A DNA stretch of 64,000 nucleotides from positions 1,486 to 65,485 of the forward strand of contig JBDQFC010000010.1 of the NCBI GenBank assembly GCA_040266055.1. Reading direction: 5' to 3'. The position numbers were made by a program, and so were the translations under genes. The stretch comes from Candidatus Nanopelagicales bacterium. Its GTDB lineage: Bacteria > Actinomycetota > Actinomycetes > S36-B12. Positions within the stretch are counted from its first letter, which is position 1; every line of letters begins with the position of its first letter. Below, in pieces: positions 25,737-34,370 of this stretch. Below the pieces are notes generated by a model. It was not told where the DNA came from, searched no databases, and saw only the letters and a program-made list of their open reading frames with translations.

Positions 25737-28700
25737 ATGCCACAACCTCGAACGCCAGCATCTCGATCACCGCAACCCGAAGGGCTTAGCCCGTGGGCCC
25801 GAACGTGGGTCGAGCAAGCACTCGGCGAACCGACTGCGATCCAGCGTGAAGCCTGGCCCATCCTGTCCTCCGGAAAGGACGCAGTCCTTGTCGCTCCCAC
25901 GGGCTCGGGCAAAACCCTGGCCGCATTCCTCGCCGCCATCGATGCTTTGGCGCACACAGATCCAGCGGACCGTGGTCGGGTGCTGTACATCTCGCCACTG
26001 AAGGCCTTGGCCTCCGATATCGAACGAAATCTCCGAAGTCCCCTCATCGGACTAGAGCAAGTGGCCGCACGCGACGGAGTTGCACTCGCACCCATCACCG
26101 TGGGCATCCGCACCGGCGATACCCCGCAGGCCGAACGTTCCCGGCAGGCCAAGAACCCGCCAGACATCTGGATCACAACGCCGGAATCGTTGTTCTTGCT
26201 TCTCACCTCGCGCGCCCGTTCAGCCCTGGCCGGCGTGACCACGGTCATCATCGACGAGATTCACGCCCTCGCGGACACCAAACGCGGCGCTCATTTGGCA
26301 CTGTCCCTCGAACGCCTCGATGAACTTCTGGAGACTCCCGCACAGCGCATTGCACTCTCGGCAACCGTCACCCCCGTTAGCGAGGTGGCCCGCTACGTGC
26401 GATCCAGCGATCCGTCCAGCGTCGTCGTCGTCTCTCCCGCCATCGATAAGCAGATCGAGGTTGTAGTCGAGGCCCCCGTCGATGACTTTCGCAACATCGG
26501 GGCACCAAGCACTGACGACGCCGGAAACGAGATCGTCACCGGGAGTGCGGCTGGTGACGCTGACCGCTTGTCGGTCTGGCCAGCCGTCGCCGAGCGTGTC
26601 CTGGACATCATCAACGCGCACCGCTCCACCATCGTGTTCGTCAATTCCCGCCGACTCGCCGAACGCTTAACCGCGCGCATCAACGATGTCGCCGCAGAAC
26701 GCGAGAGTTCTGGCTCAGACACCCCTGAAGCCTCCGGTGAGTTGATCGCCCGAACGCACCACGGTTCTGTGTCTAAGGATGTCCGTCGCAGCATCGAAGA
26801 TGACCTCAAACAGGGTCGGTTGCGCGCGGTGGTGGCCACCAGTTCCATGGAACTCGGTATCGACATGGGTTCCGTCGATGTGGTGGTGCAGATTCAATCC
26901 CCCACGTCAGTGGCCAGCGGACTGCAGCGGGTCGGACGCGCCGGCCATGGAGTCGGCCAGGTCAGCCGCGGTCACATGATCAGTACGCACGCCCATGACC
27001 TCTTAATCTCCACCACCCTCGCCGAGCGCATGGGCGAGCGCGCCCTTGAGCCAATGCGGGTACCGAGCCTGCCTCTAGATGTTCTCGCCCAACAGATCGT
27101 CGCCATGTGTGCCATGGACGAATGGACCGTCAGTGACCTCGCTGCAGTGGTCCGGCGCTCGGCTTCCTTCTCAACGTTGAGCGATGCACTGCTGACAAGC
27201 GTTCTGAACATGCTGGCGGGCACGTACCCGTCTGATCGATTTGCCGAACTGCGCCCGCGCATCGTGTGGGACCGAAACACCAACATCCTCACGGGCCGAC
27301 CAGGAGCAGCACGACTCGCGGTGACCAACGCCGGCACCATCCCCGACCGCGGGCTATTCGGGGTACACGTGGCCACCGAGGGCTTCCCACGTGTCGGTGA
27401 GCTCGATGAGGAGATGGTCTACGAGTCACGCGTAGGCGAGGTCATCACGCTCGGTGCGAGCACCTGGCGCGTCGAGGAGATCACCCACGATCGAGTCCTG
27501 GTCTCCCCCGCGCCGGGCGCTATCGGCCGGATGCCGTTTTGGCACGGTGATGCTGCCGGCCGCCCGGCACAACTGGCGCCTGCGATCGGAGAGCGCATCC
27601 GCGGTGCACACCAGGACACCCCGGCCCTAGAGTCCTACCTCACCGAGCAACGGGAAAGCACCGGGATGCTCCCCGACGACAGCACCTTGCTCATCGAGGC
27701 TTTCCGCGACGAAATCGGCGATTGGCGGGTGGTCCTGCACTCTCCGTACGGCGCACGAGTTCACGCCCCATGGGCCCTGGCGATGGCACGAACCCTCAAC
27801 GATCGCCTGGGAATCGATGCTCAGGTGATGCACGCCGACGACGGCATCGTGGTCCGACTCCCCGACTATGTGCCGACTGGAGAGGTGACCGGCGACGACT
27901 CGCGCGGCGACAGCGATCACGTGCTGGGCGAGATGGCGGATGCGTTGGCCATCGAACCCGAGGACATCGAACAGATCGTCCACGCCGAACTCACCGGGTC
28001 AGCTCTCTTCGCTTCACGGTTTCGTGAATGTGCCGGGCGCTCACTTTTGCTACCCCGCAGACGACCCGACCGTCGCACACCGCTGTGGCAACAACGCCAG
28101 CGCGCGAGCCACCTTCTGCAGGTAGCCAGCGACTACCCGGATTTCCCCATCGTGCTGGAGACCATGCGCGAGTGCCTGAATGATGTCTACGACGTTCCTG
28201 CACTCACTTCGCTACTGGAACGCATTCGATCCGGCAGCGTGCGAGTAGCAACTGTAGCCACGGACCACCCCAGCCCATTCGCGCGCTCACTGCTGTTCGG
28301 CTACGTCGCGACCTTCCTATATGAAGGCGACGCACCGCTCGCCGAACGCCGGGCCCAGGCCTTGTCCGTTGATACCGAACTGCTCGCTGATCTGTTGGGA
28401 ACGTCAGAACTGCGCAGCCTGCTAGATCCGCAGGCACTCGAAGAGGTCGAAGCAGAGATCTCCTTCCGCAGCGCCAATACGAGAGCGCGCTCCATGGAGG
28501 ATGCTGCCGATCTCTTGCGACTGGTGGGCCCACTCGACCCATCGGTCTGCACTGACATGGGTGTGGACCCTGCCTGGCTAACCAACCTTGTCTCCACAGG
28601 TCGCGCGATCGCCGTGACCATCGCCGGAAGTCGGCGCATCGCCGCCATCGAAGACGCCGGCCGCCTTCGCGATGCCGTGGGCGTTGTACTTCCACCGGGA

Positions 28701-30317
28701 ATTCCCGATGCGCATCTGGCAACCGTCGATGATCCGCTCTTCGACCTCGTCGCTCGCTATGCACGCACCCACGGGCCGTTCCATGCGGGGGAAGTCGCCG
28801 ACCACTGGGGTATTCCGGTTGCCGGTGTGCACTCGGCTGTGGAACGCATGGTCTCGGCGCGGCGCTTGCTGCGAGGCGAGTTCCGCCCCGGCGCTCGCGG
28901 AACGGAACTGTGTGATCCGGACGTCCTGCGTCGCATTCGTCGCCGATCAGTGGCCAAACTCCGCCAGGAAATCGAACCGGTCGATCTGGCTCACTACGCC
29001 GCTTTCCTACCTGCTTGGCATGGCATCCAGAGCATGAGTGAGGCTGAGTCAGGGCACAGCGATCTCGTCGACATTCTTGATCGGCTCAGTGGTCTGGTGC
29101 TTCCCGCCTCGTCAGTGCTAGCGATCCTTCGCACCCGACGGCCTGATGTGGAGTTATCTGATCTCGACTCCCTCCTATCTGCTGGGGATTTGACGTGGTG
29201 GTCGATGGGCGAACTCGGAACCAAGGATGCCAAGATCGCTTGGGGGCCGACCAGCATCGCATCGAGCCTGCGTGCCGTCCTGCGAGGCTCCCAGCACACG
29301 ATGGACGACGTCGATGCCCTCGCCCAACTCGACGACACGAGCCGGGCGATCTTGGATGTGTTGTCCGGAGGTGGTGCGTTCCTCAGCGACGCACTACACG
29401 CCGCGCTCGTAGCAAACCGGACGGTGGTTTCCGTCGACACCCTTGACCGGCACCTGTGGGATCTGGTCCGCAGTGGGTGGATCACATGCGACTCGTGGTC
29501 GTTTGTCCATGCCCGCGTTCATGGACGTCGTTCGTCACCTAGTCGCCCTGGACGCGGCGGCCCAGCACGCGCGCACGCCAGGTCAATACCCCGCCGCACT
29601 CGTCTCAGCACGCAGATGCCGGGTCGATCTGCAGGGCCGCGTTGGTCACTTGCTCCCGGAGTGCATCAACCTCGGGCTACTACCTCCCGGGAACAGATAG
29701 CCGCCGAATACGCGGGTCTATTACTGGAGCGCTGGGGCATCGTGACCCGAATGTCGGTGTCAGCCGAGGATCCGCGTGGCGGCTTCGCTGGGCAGTACCC
29801 GGTGCTCTCAACACTCGCCGACGCAGGCCTGTGCCAACGCATTTACGCGATCGAAGGTGCCGGAGGCGCGCAGTTCGCCCTCCCGGGAACCGTCGACGCT
29901 ATACGCGACACCCGAATTCCCACCGACCCCGAACCGATGGCGCTGACCGCTGTCGATCCGGCGAACCCCTTCGGAACCGTGCTGGCGTGGCCGACGGCGG
30001 CCACCGGCACGAGCCGCGCCTCCCGACGGACCGGAGCGCTCGTGGTCATGATGGGAAGTGACCTGGCCGCGTGGCTAGACCCCAGTGGCTCGAAATTGGA
30101 AACCTGGGGAATCGCAGACGTCCAATCCGCAACACAGCTGCTACGAACGGTGGACCGCGCTCGTCAGCGCCATGGCGCAAACCCACGGTCGATCCTCACC
30201 TCGATAGATGGTGAATCGCTATTGGATGCGCCCACGCATGGAATGTGGAATGAGGCAGCCCGAGCTGCGGGCCTTTCACCAGTCCCACGAGGCTGGCGCT
30301 GGAGCAACCGTGCCTGA
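25737..30317 (+). CDS. lhr: Large ATP-dependent helicase Lhr
   Basis: Walker A APTGSGKTLAAF and DEIH box (VIIDEIHAL). About 1526 aa with the long Lhr C-terminal extension. Start re-chosen at MPQPRT (25737), preceded by GAGGAG. Confidence 0.93.
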   Translation: MPQPRTPASRSPQPEGLSPWARTWVEQALGEPTAIQREAWPILSSGKDAVLVAPTGSGKTLAAFLAAIDALAHTDPADRGRVLYISPLKALASDIERNLRSPLIGLEQVAARDGVALAPITVGIRTGDTPQAERSRQAKNPPDIWITTPESLFLLLTSRARSALAGVTTVIIDEIHALADTKRGAHLALSLERLDELLETPAQRIALSATVTPVSEVARYVRSSDPSSVVVVSPAIDKQIEVVVEAPVDDFRNIGAPSTDDAGNEIVTGSAAGDADRLSVWPAVAERVLDIINAHRSTIVFVNSRRLAERLTARINDVAAERESSGSDTPEASGELIARTHHGSVSKDVRRSIEDDLKQGRLRAVVATSSMELGIDMGSVDVVVQIQSPTSVASGLQRVGRAGHGVGQVSRGHMISTHAHDLLISTTLAERMGERALEPMRVPSLPLDVLAQQIVAMCAMDEWTVSDLAAVVRRSASFSTLSDALLTSVLNMLAGTYPSDRFAELRPRIVWDRNTNILTGRPGAARLAVTNAGTIPDRGLFGVHVATEGFPRVGELDEEMVYESRVGEVITLGASTWRVEEITHDRVLVSPAPGAIGRMPFWHGDAAGRPAQLAPAIGERIRGAHQDTPALESYLTEQRESTGMLPDDSTLLIEAFRDEIGDWRVVLHSPYGARVHAPWALAMARTLNDRLGIDAQVMHADDGIVVRLPDYVPTGEVTGDDSRGDSDHVLGEMADALAIEPEDIEQIVHAELTGSALFASRFRECAGRSLLLPRRRPDRRTPLWQQRQRASHLLQVASDYPDFPIVLETMRECLNDVYDVPALTSLLERIRSGSVRVATVATDHPSPFARSLLFGYVATFLYEGDAPLAERRAQALSVDTELLADLLGTSELRSLLDPQALEEVEAEISFRSANTRARSMEDAADLLRLVGPLDPSVCTDMGVDPAWLTNLVSTGRAIAVTIAGSRRIAAIEDAGRLRDAVGVVLPPGIPDAHLATVDDPLFDLVARYARTHGPFHAGEVADHWGIPVAGVHSAVERMVSARRLLRGEFRPGARGTELCDPDVLRRIRRRSVAKLRQEIEPVDLAHYAAFLPAWHGIQSMSEAESGHSDLVDILDRLSGLVLPASSVLAILRTRRPDVELSDLDSLLSAGDLTWWSMGELGTKDAKIAWGPTSIASSLRAVLRGSQHTMDDVDALAQLDDTSRAILDVLSGGGAFLSDALHAALVANRTVVSVDTLDRHLWDLVRSGWITCDSWSFVHARVHGRRSSPSRPGRGGPARAHARSIPRRTRLSTQMPGRSAGPRWSLAPGVHQPRATTSREQIAAEYAGLLLERWGIVTRMSVSAEDPRGGFAGQYPVLSTLADAGLCQRIYAIEGAGGAQFALPGTVDAIRDTRIPTDPEPMALTAVDPANPFGTVLAWPTAATGTSRASRRTGALVVMMGSDLAAWLDPSGSKLETWGIADVQSATQLLRTVDRARQRHGANPRSILTSIDGESLLDAPTHGMWNEAARAAGLSPVPRGWRWSNRA

Positions 30318-31101
30318 GGGCGACACCGTCTATCTCGCCGCCAAGCGCCTGGACAACGTGCTTGCGGGACGAGACATCGACGCCAGTGATATTCGGCTCC
30401 CCACATTGGCGACCGTCGATCTCACCGGCCTACAGGTTCGCGAAGTTCGTCCCTACGGCAAGCACCTGATGTTTCGGCTCTCCGACAACAGAACGCTGCA
30501 CACGCATTTTCGGATGGACGGCTCCTGGCATATCTACCGAGAGGGCCAACGCTGGACGGGCGGCCCGATGCACTCGGTCCGAATTGTGCTCCACTCGGGG
30601 ATTCACGTGGCCGTCGGCTACCGACTCCATGACGTCCGACTCGTGCCCACCTCCCGGGAGTCGGACATCATCGGTCACCTGGGGCCCGACATCCTCGACG
30701 ACACCTGGGATCGAGAACAGGTACGCGGCAACGTTCGAGATGAGGCCGCGCGGCCCATCGCAGATGTTCTAGTCGATCAGCGGGTATTGGCGGGCATCGG
30801 CAATATCTATCGATGCGAATCACTTTTCTTGGCACGCATCGCCCCGACCGCGCGCGTGGGTGATCTGTCCGATGAAAAGTTGGAGTCAGTGGTCGACATT
30901 GCGCGAGAACTGATGATGCGCAATCGGGATCGCTCATCACAAGCCACCACAGGCGATGAACGCCGTGCGCATTTTGTCTACGGGCGGGCCCGCCAACGGT
31001 GCCGGCGCTGCCACGAGTCGGTACGAGCGCGAACAGGAACCGGCGAGGGCACTCGTCCCAACGAGCAGACGATCTTTTGGTGTCCCGGCTGCCAGGAGTA
31101 G
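30310..31101 (+). CDS. nei: Fpg/Nei-family DNA glycosylase (endonuclease VIII-like)
   Basis: Starts (V)PEGDTV, the catalytic N-terminal Pro-Glu. H2TH region and C-terminal zinc finger CRRC...CPGC are present. Its GTG overlaps the lhr stop (GTGCCTGA), as in the mycobacterial lhr-nei2 operon. Confidence 0.88.
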   Translation: MPEGDTVYLAAKRLDNVLAGRDIDASDIRLPTLATVDLTGLQVREVRPYGKHLMFRLSDNRTLHTHFRMDGSWHIYREGQRWTGGPMHSVRIVLHSGIHVAVGYRLHDVRLVPTSRESDIIGHLGPDILDDTWDREQVRGNVRDEAARPIADVLVDQRVLAGIGNIYRCESLFLARIAPTARVGDLSDEKLESVVDIARELMMRNRDRSSQATTGDERRAHFVYGRARQRCRRCHESVRARTGTGEGTRPNEQTIFWCPGCQE

Positions 31102-31119
31102 CCGACGACGCGACAAGAC

Positions 31120-31443
31120 CTACGACAGCGGTCGACGCGCTCCCACCAGGGAGTCAGCGGACGGCAGAACCATCTCGGGCAGACGGGTCGTTGGCGCCGT
31201 GTGCTGCAACTCCGCGTGTGCGACATGGGTGCTGACCGACGCCAGCAACTCCGACAAGGAGACGTCGAGGGCATCGCAGATAGCTGCGAGGAGTTCCGAG
31301 GATGCTTCCTTGTGGCCTCGCTCCACCTCTGAGAGGTACCCCAGCGACACCGCGGCGGCTCCAGATACCTCGCGCAGCGTGCGACCTTGATCCTGACGGC
31401 GACGTCGCAATTCCTCGCCGATGACTTCTCTCATGACGATCAT
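31120..31443 (-). CDS. clgR: XRE-family regulator ClgR
   Basis: [48 protein letters not shown] is near-identical in pattern to mycobacterial/corynebacterial ClgR. Lies next to cinA-pgsA as in M. tuberculosis. Confidence 0.85.
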   Translation of the reverse strand: MIVMREVIGEELRRRRQDQGRTLREVSGAAAVSLGYLSEVERGHKEASSELLAAICDALDVSLSELLASVSTHVAHAELQHTAPTTRLPEMVLPSADSLVGARRPLS

Positions 31444-31561
31444 GGGCCAACCTCCTCTCGCCTGCTCACCATAACCCGCGACAGCCCAACCGCACCTGCT
31501 GCATCGCTGTTTTGAGCCGTCAAGGTGATTAACACTCTGCCCGCCGCAGATATTCCCATCA

Positions 31562-32071
31562 TCAGGACCTCTCCCCCAAGGCCAGAAGAATCTCCCTCAT
31601 GGCCGCCTCGGTGACCCCGTAACGGACCTGGGCCCGACTTCCCGCTACCTGGATCGTGAGCGCTCGAGAACCCTGGGGCGTACTGACCGCCAGACACGCC
31701 GTGCCAGCGGGCTGGCCATCGTGGGGGTCTGGCCCTGCCGCTCCGGTCGTACCCACTCCCACCTGCGCCTGGAGGTTGATCCGAGCCCCTTCGGCCAGGG
31801 CCATTGCCACCTCCTCGGAGACGATGCCCCGCGCTAGAACCTCCTTACTCACACCCAACAGCGAGGTCTTCACATCCGGTGCATAGGCAACGACGCCACC
31901 GCGCAGCACCGCCGACGCGCCAGGGACCGTCGCGACGGTGGCCGACACCATTCCCGCCGTGAGCGACTCTCCGGTAGCGATAGTCCAGCCGCGCTCCGAG
32001 AGGGCATCAACAACACGGCTAGCCAGTTCCGTCAACTCAGGGAGCCTTGCCTGATCACCCTCGTGATTCAC
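31562..32071 (-). CDS. cinA: CinA-like protein, PncC (NMN amidohydrolase) domain only
   Basis: [35 protein letters not shown] motif. GTG start at 32071 overlaps the pgsA stop (GTGA). The 264-aa ORF-track version is over-extended. Confidence 0.85.
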   Translation of the reverse strand: MNHEGDQARLPELTELASRVVDALSERGWTIATGESLTAGMVSATVATVPGASAVLRGGVVAYAPDVKTSLLGVSKEVLARGIVSEEVAMALAEGARINLQAQVGVGTTGAAGPDPHDGQPAGTACLAVSTPQGSRALTIQVAGSRAQVRYGVTEAAMREILLALGERS

Positions 32072-32622
32072 TGCCGCTGCCCCGCGCGAGTCATGACATA
32101 GGCCTGACGGACGTAGTCGATACCGGTTGCCACCGTTAGAAGTACAGCGATGACCATCACGCCGAAGGCGAGGTCGGACCACAGGCCAGCGACCGCTGAT
32201 GGCGGGACGGCTAGGTACATCGAAATGGCAACGATCTGGGTAACCGTCTTCACCTTGCCGCCGCGAGAAGCGGGAATAACCCCGTGCCGGAGCACCGCAA
32301 GGCGCAAGACGGTGATCGCGAACTCTCGGACCAAGATCACCACCGTGATCCACCATGGCAGTTCGCCAAGCAAGGACAGTCCGACAAGGGCCACAGTGAT
32401 CAGAGCCTTGTCCGCGATCGGATCCGCCACTGCACCGAAATGTGAAGTTATTCCCCGTCGCCTCGCGATGGAGCCATCCAAAAAGTCGGTCACGGCGGCG
32501 GCGACGAAGATGACCGCTGCCGCATCACGCGCGAGCGGATCATCCATGACCAGGAGCACCGCGAGGATTGGAACGCACACCAGTCGCGCCCCCGTCAGCG
32601 CGTTTGGCAGGTTCCACGTCAT
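32068..32622 (-). CDS. pgsA: CDP-diacylglycerol--glycerol-3-phosphate 3-phosphatidyltransferase
   Basis: CDP-alcohol phosphotransferase motif DFLDGSIARRRG...GAVADPIADK. The ATG at 32622 overlaps the rimO stop (ATGA). Confidence 0.9.
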   Translation of the reverse strand: MTWNLPNALTGARLVCVPILAVLLVMDDPLARDAAAVIFVAAAVTDFLDGSIARRRGITSHFGAVADPIADKALITVALVGLSLLGELPWWITVVILVREFAITVLRLAVLRHGVIPASRGGKVKTVTQIVAISMYLAVPPSAVAGLWSDLAFGVMVIAVLLTVATGIDYVRQAYVMTRAGQRQ

Positions 32623-34070
32623 GGGCGCACCCACAGGTCAACGCCCTCGTTCTCGACAACCTCGCCTTCGACCCAGTCACCGACCGCAGCTGTGCTGTTC
32701 ACCAAGAAGCAAGCTCCGTCGTCCGGGCCCTGATGTGCCGCACGACCCATTGGCACCCCATCCTCGATGGACTCCACCAGAATTCGAACTCGCTCGCCGA
32801 TGCGCTCGGCAGCGCGCTGTTCCATGAGTTCCTCAACCAGATCGACGATGCGGGATCGCCGGGCTTCGATGACGTCGTCGGGGACTTTGTCGGCAAGCCC
32901 AGCGGCTTCTGTGCCGTCTTCGTCTGAATAGGAGAAGACTCCAACAGCGTCCAACCGCGCGGCCTCCAAAAAGGTCGCTAATTCGTCGACATCATCGTCG
33001 GTCTCCCCTGGGAATCCGACGATGACGTTACTGCGAATGCCAGCGGTGGGCGTCAGAGTTCGAATTGCTTCGATGAGTTCGAGGAAGTTTTCGGTCCCTC
33101 CGAACCGTCTCATCAACCGCAGGACCCGGGAGCTGGAGTGCTGAAAACTGAGGTCGAAATAGTCAGCAACCGCCGGGGTGCCTGCGATCGCAGCGACTAA
33201 ACCTGGTCTCATCTCAGCCGGCTGCAGATAGGACAACCGAATCCGATCCACACCCGTGCCAGCTGCCAAGTCCGGCAGCACCGACTCCAGAAGCCGCATG
33301 TCGCCAAGATCCTTGCCATAGGACGTCGTGTTTTCCGACACCAAGATGACTTCGCGAACGCCGGCGGCGACCATCTCTCCGATTTCCGAGACGATCTCGG
33401 GGGGAGTTCGCGAGACGAACGAACCTCTAAAGCGTGGGATGGCGCAGAAAGAACAACGGCGATCACAACCCGTTGCCAATTTGACCGAAGCGATAGGACC
33501 ACTGCCCAGACGGATCCTGGGCACCGGAGGCGTGTACCCATGTCGGTCCCGGGACCGCTCCACCGGGCTGATTGGAAGCAAGGTTCGACGATCTACCGGC
33601 TCACGTGCTGCGACCTGCTCACCGCGGATCACGGCGTCCAGCCTCGCGCCGATCTCGGGGTAGTCATCGAAGCCCAAAACCGCGCGAGCTTCCGGGAGAC
33701 TTGAGGCGAGTTCATTTCCGTACCGCTCCGCCAGACAGCCGGTGGCGATAACCGGAGGTGCGTCGTCGCCGGCAAGAGCAAGAACCGTGTCGATGGACTC
33801 CCGCTTAGCAGCCTCAATGAATCCGCAAGTGTTCACCAGGACCGCGTCCGCTGATTCGGCTTCCTCGACGAGTTCCCAACCGTCGGCGGCTAGACGTCCC
33901 GCTAGTTCCTCGGAATCAACCTCATTGCGCGCACACCCCAGGGTCACGATGGCGACCTTCCTGACGGGTTGGTCGGCAATAGGGGGCGCATCAGGCACGA
34001 GGTCGAGCCTACGGAACGTACGAGGCGTGCCCTTACCTACCTCGGTATTCGTCGACGAGGTCGTCTCCAT
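32619..34070 (-). CDS. rimO: Ribosomal protein S12 methylthiotransferase
   Basis: UPF0004 domain VAIVTLGCARNEVDSE, radical-SAM CDRRCSFC, and a TRAM C-terminus. ATG at 34070 is preferred over the TTG at 34091. Confidence 0.9.
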   Translation of the reverse strand: METTSSTNTEVGKGTPRTFRRLDLVPDAPPIADQPVRKVAIVTLGCARNEVDSEELAGRLAADGWELVEEAESADAVLVNTCGFIEAAKRESIDTVLALAGDDAPPVIATGCLAERYGNELASSLPEARAVLGFDDYPEIGARLDAVIRGEQVAAREPVDRRTLLPISPVERSRDRHGYTPPVPRIRLGSGPIASVKLATGCDRRCSFCAIPRFRGSFVSRTPPEIVSEIGEMVAAGVREVILVSENTTSYGKDLGDMRLLESVLPDLAAGTGVDRIRLSYLQPAEMRPGLVAAIAGTPAVADYFDLSFQHSSSRVLRLMRRFGGTENFLELIEAIRTLTPTAGIRSNVIVGFPGETDDDVDELATFLEAARLDAVGVFSYSDEDGTEAAGLADKVPDDVIEARRSRIVDLVEELMEQRAAERIGERVRILVESIEDGVPMGRAAHQGPDDGACFLVNSTAAVGDWVEGEVVENEGVDLWVRP

Positions 34071-34254
34071 CGAGACCCACGGCCTCGGCAATCATCCGAA
34101 GGTGACCGATGACATAGGCATCGCCGCCGGACAATGAAAAATCGCCGCTCTCGATCGCTTCGATCATCAATGAGCGCAGCCGAGTTGCTGCCGCCACATC
34201 CTCGACTGTCAAACCCCGTTCGGCTCGGGCTTTGGCGATTCGGTCACCGACCAC
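34033..34254 (-). CDS. Small helix-turn-helix protein (RodZ N-terminal-like, HTH_25 type)
   Basis: 73 aa. IAKARAERGLTVEDVAAATRLRSLMIEAIESGDF is an XRE/RodZ-type HTH. No TM or C-terminal domain follows. Confidence 0.65.
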   Translation of the reverse strand: MVGDRIAKARAERGLTVEDVAAATRLRSLMIEAIESGDFSLSGGDAYVIGHLRMIAEAVGLDGDDLVDEYRGR

Positions 34255-34370
34255 CGTTGACTCCGCTTCCTTGACCTACTCGAAGCGTTCCAGTCAGAGG
34301 CCCCATGCGCAATAACCTCCGCACTTTCAAGCAATTTTGGCCAGCGGAGTAAACCGCTGGTCCAATGAGG

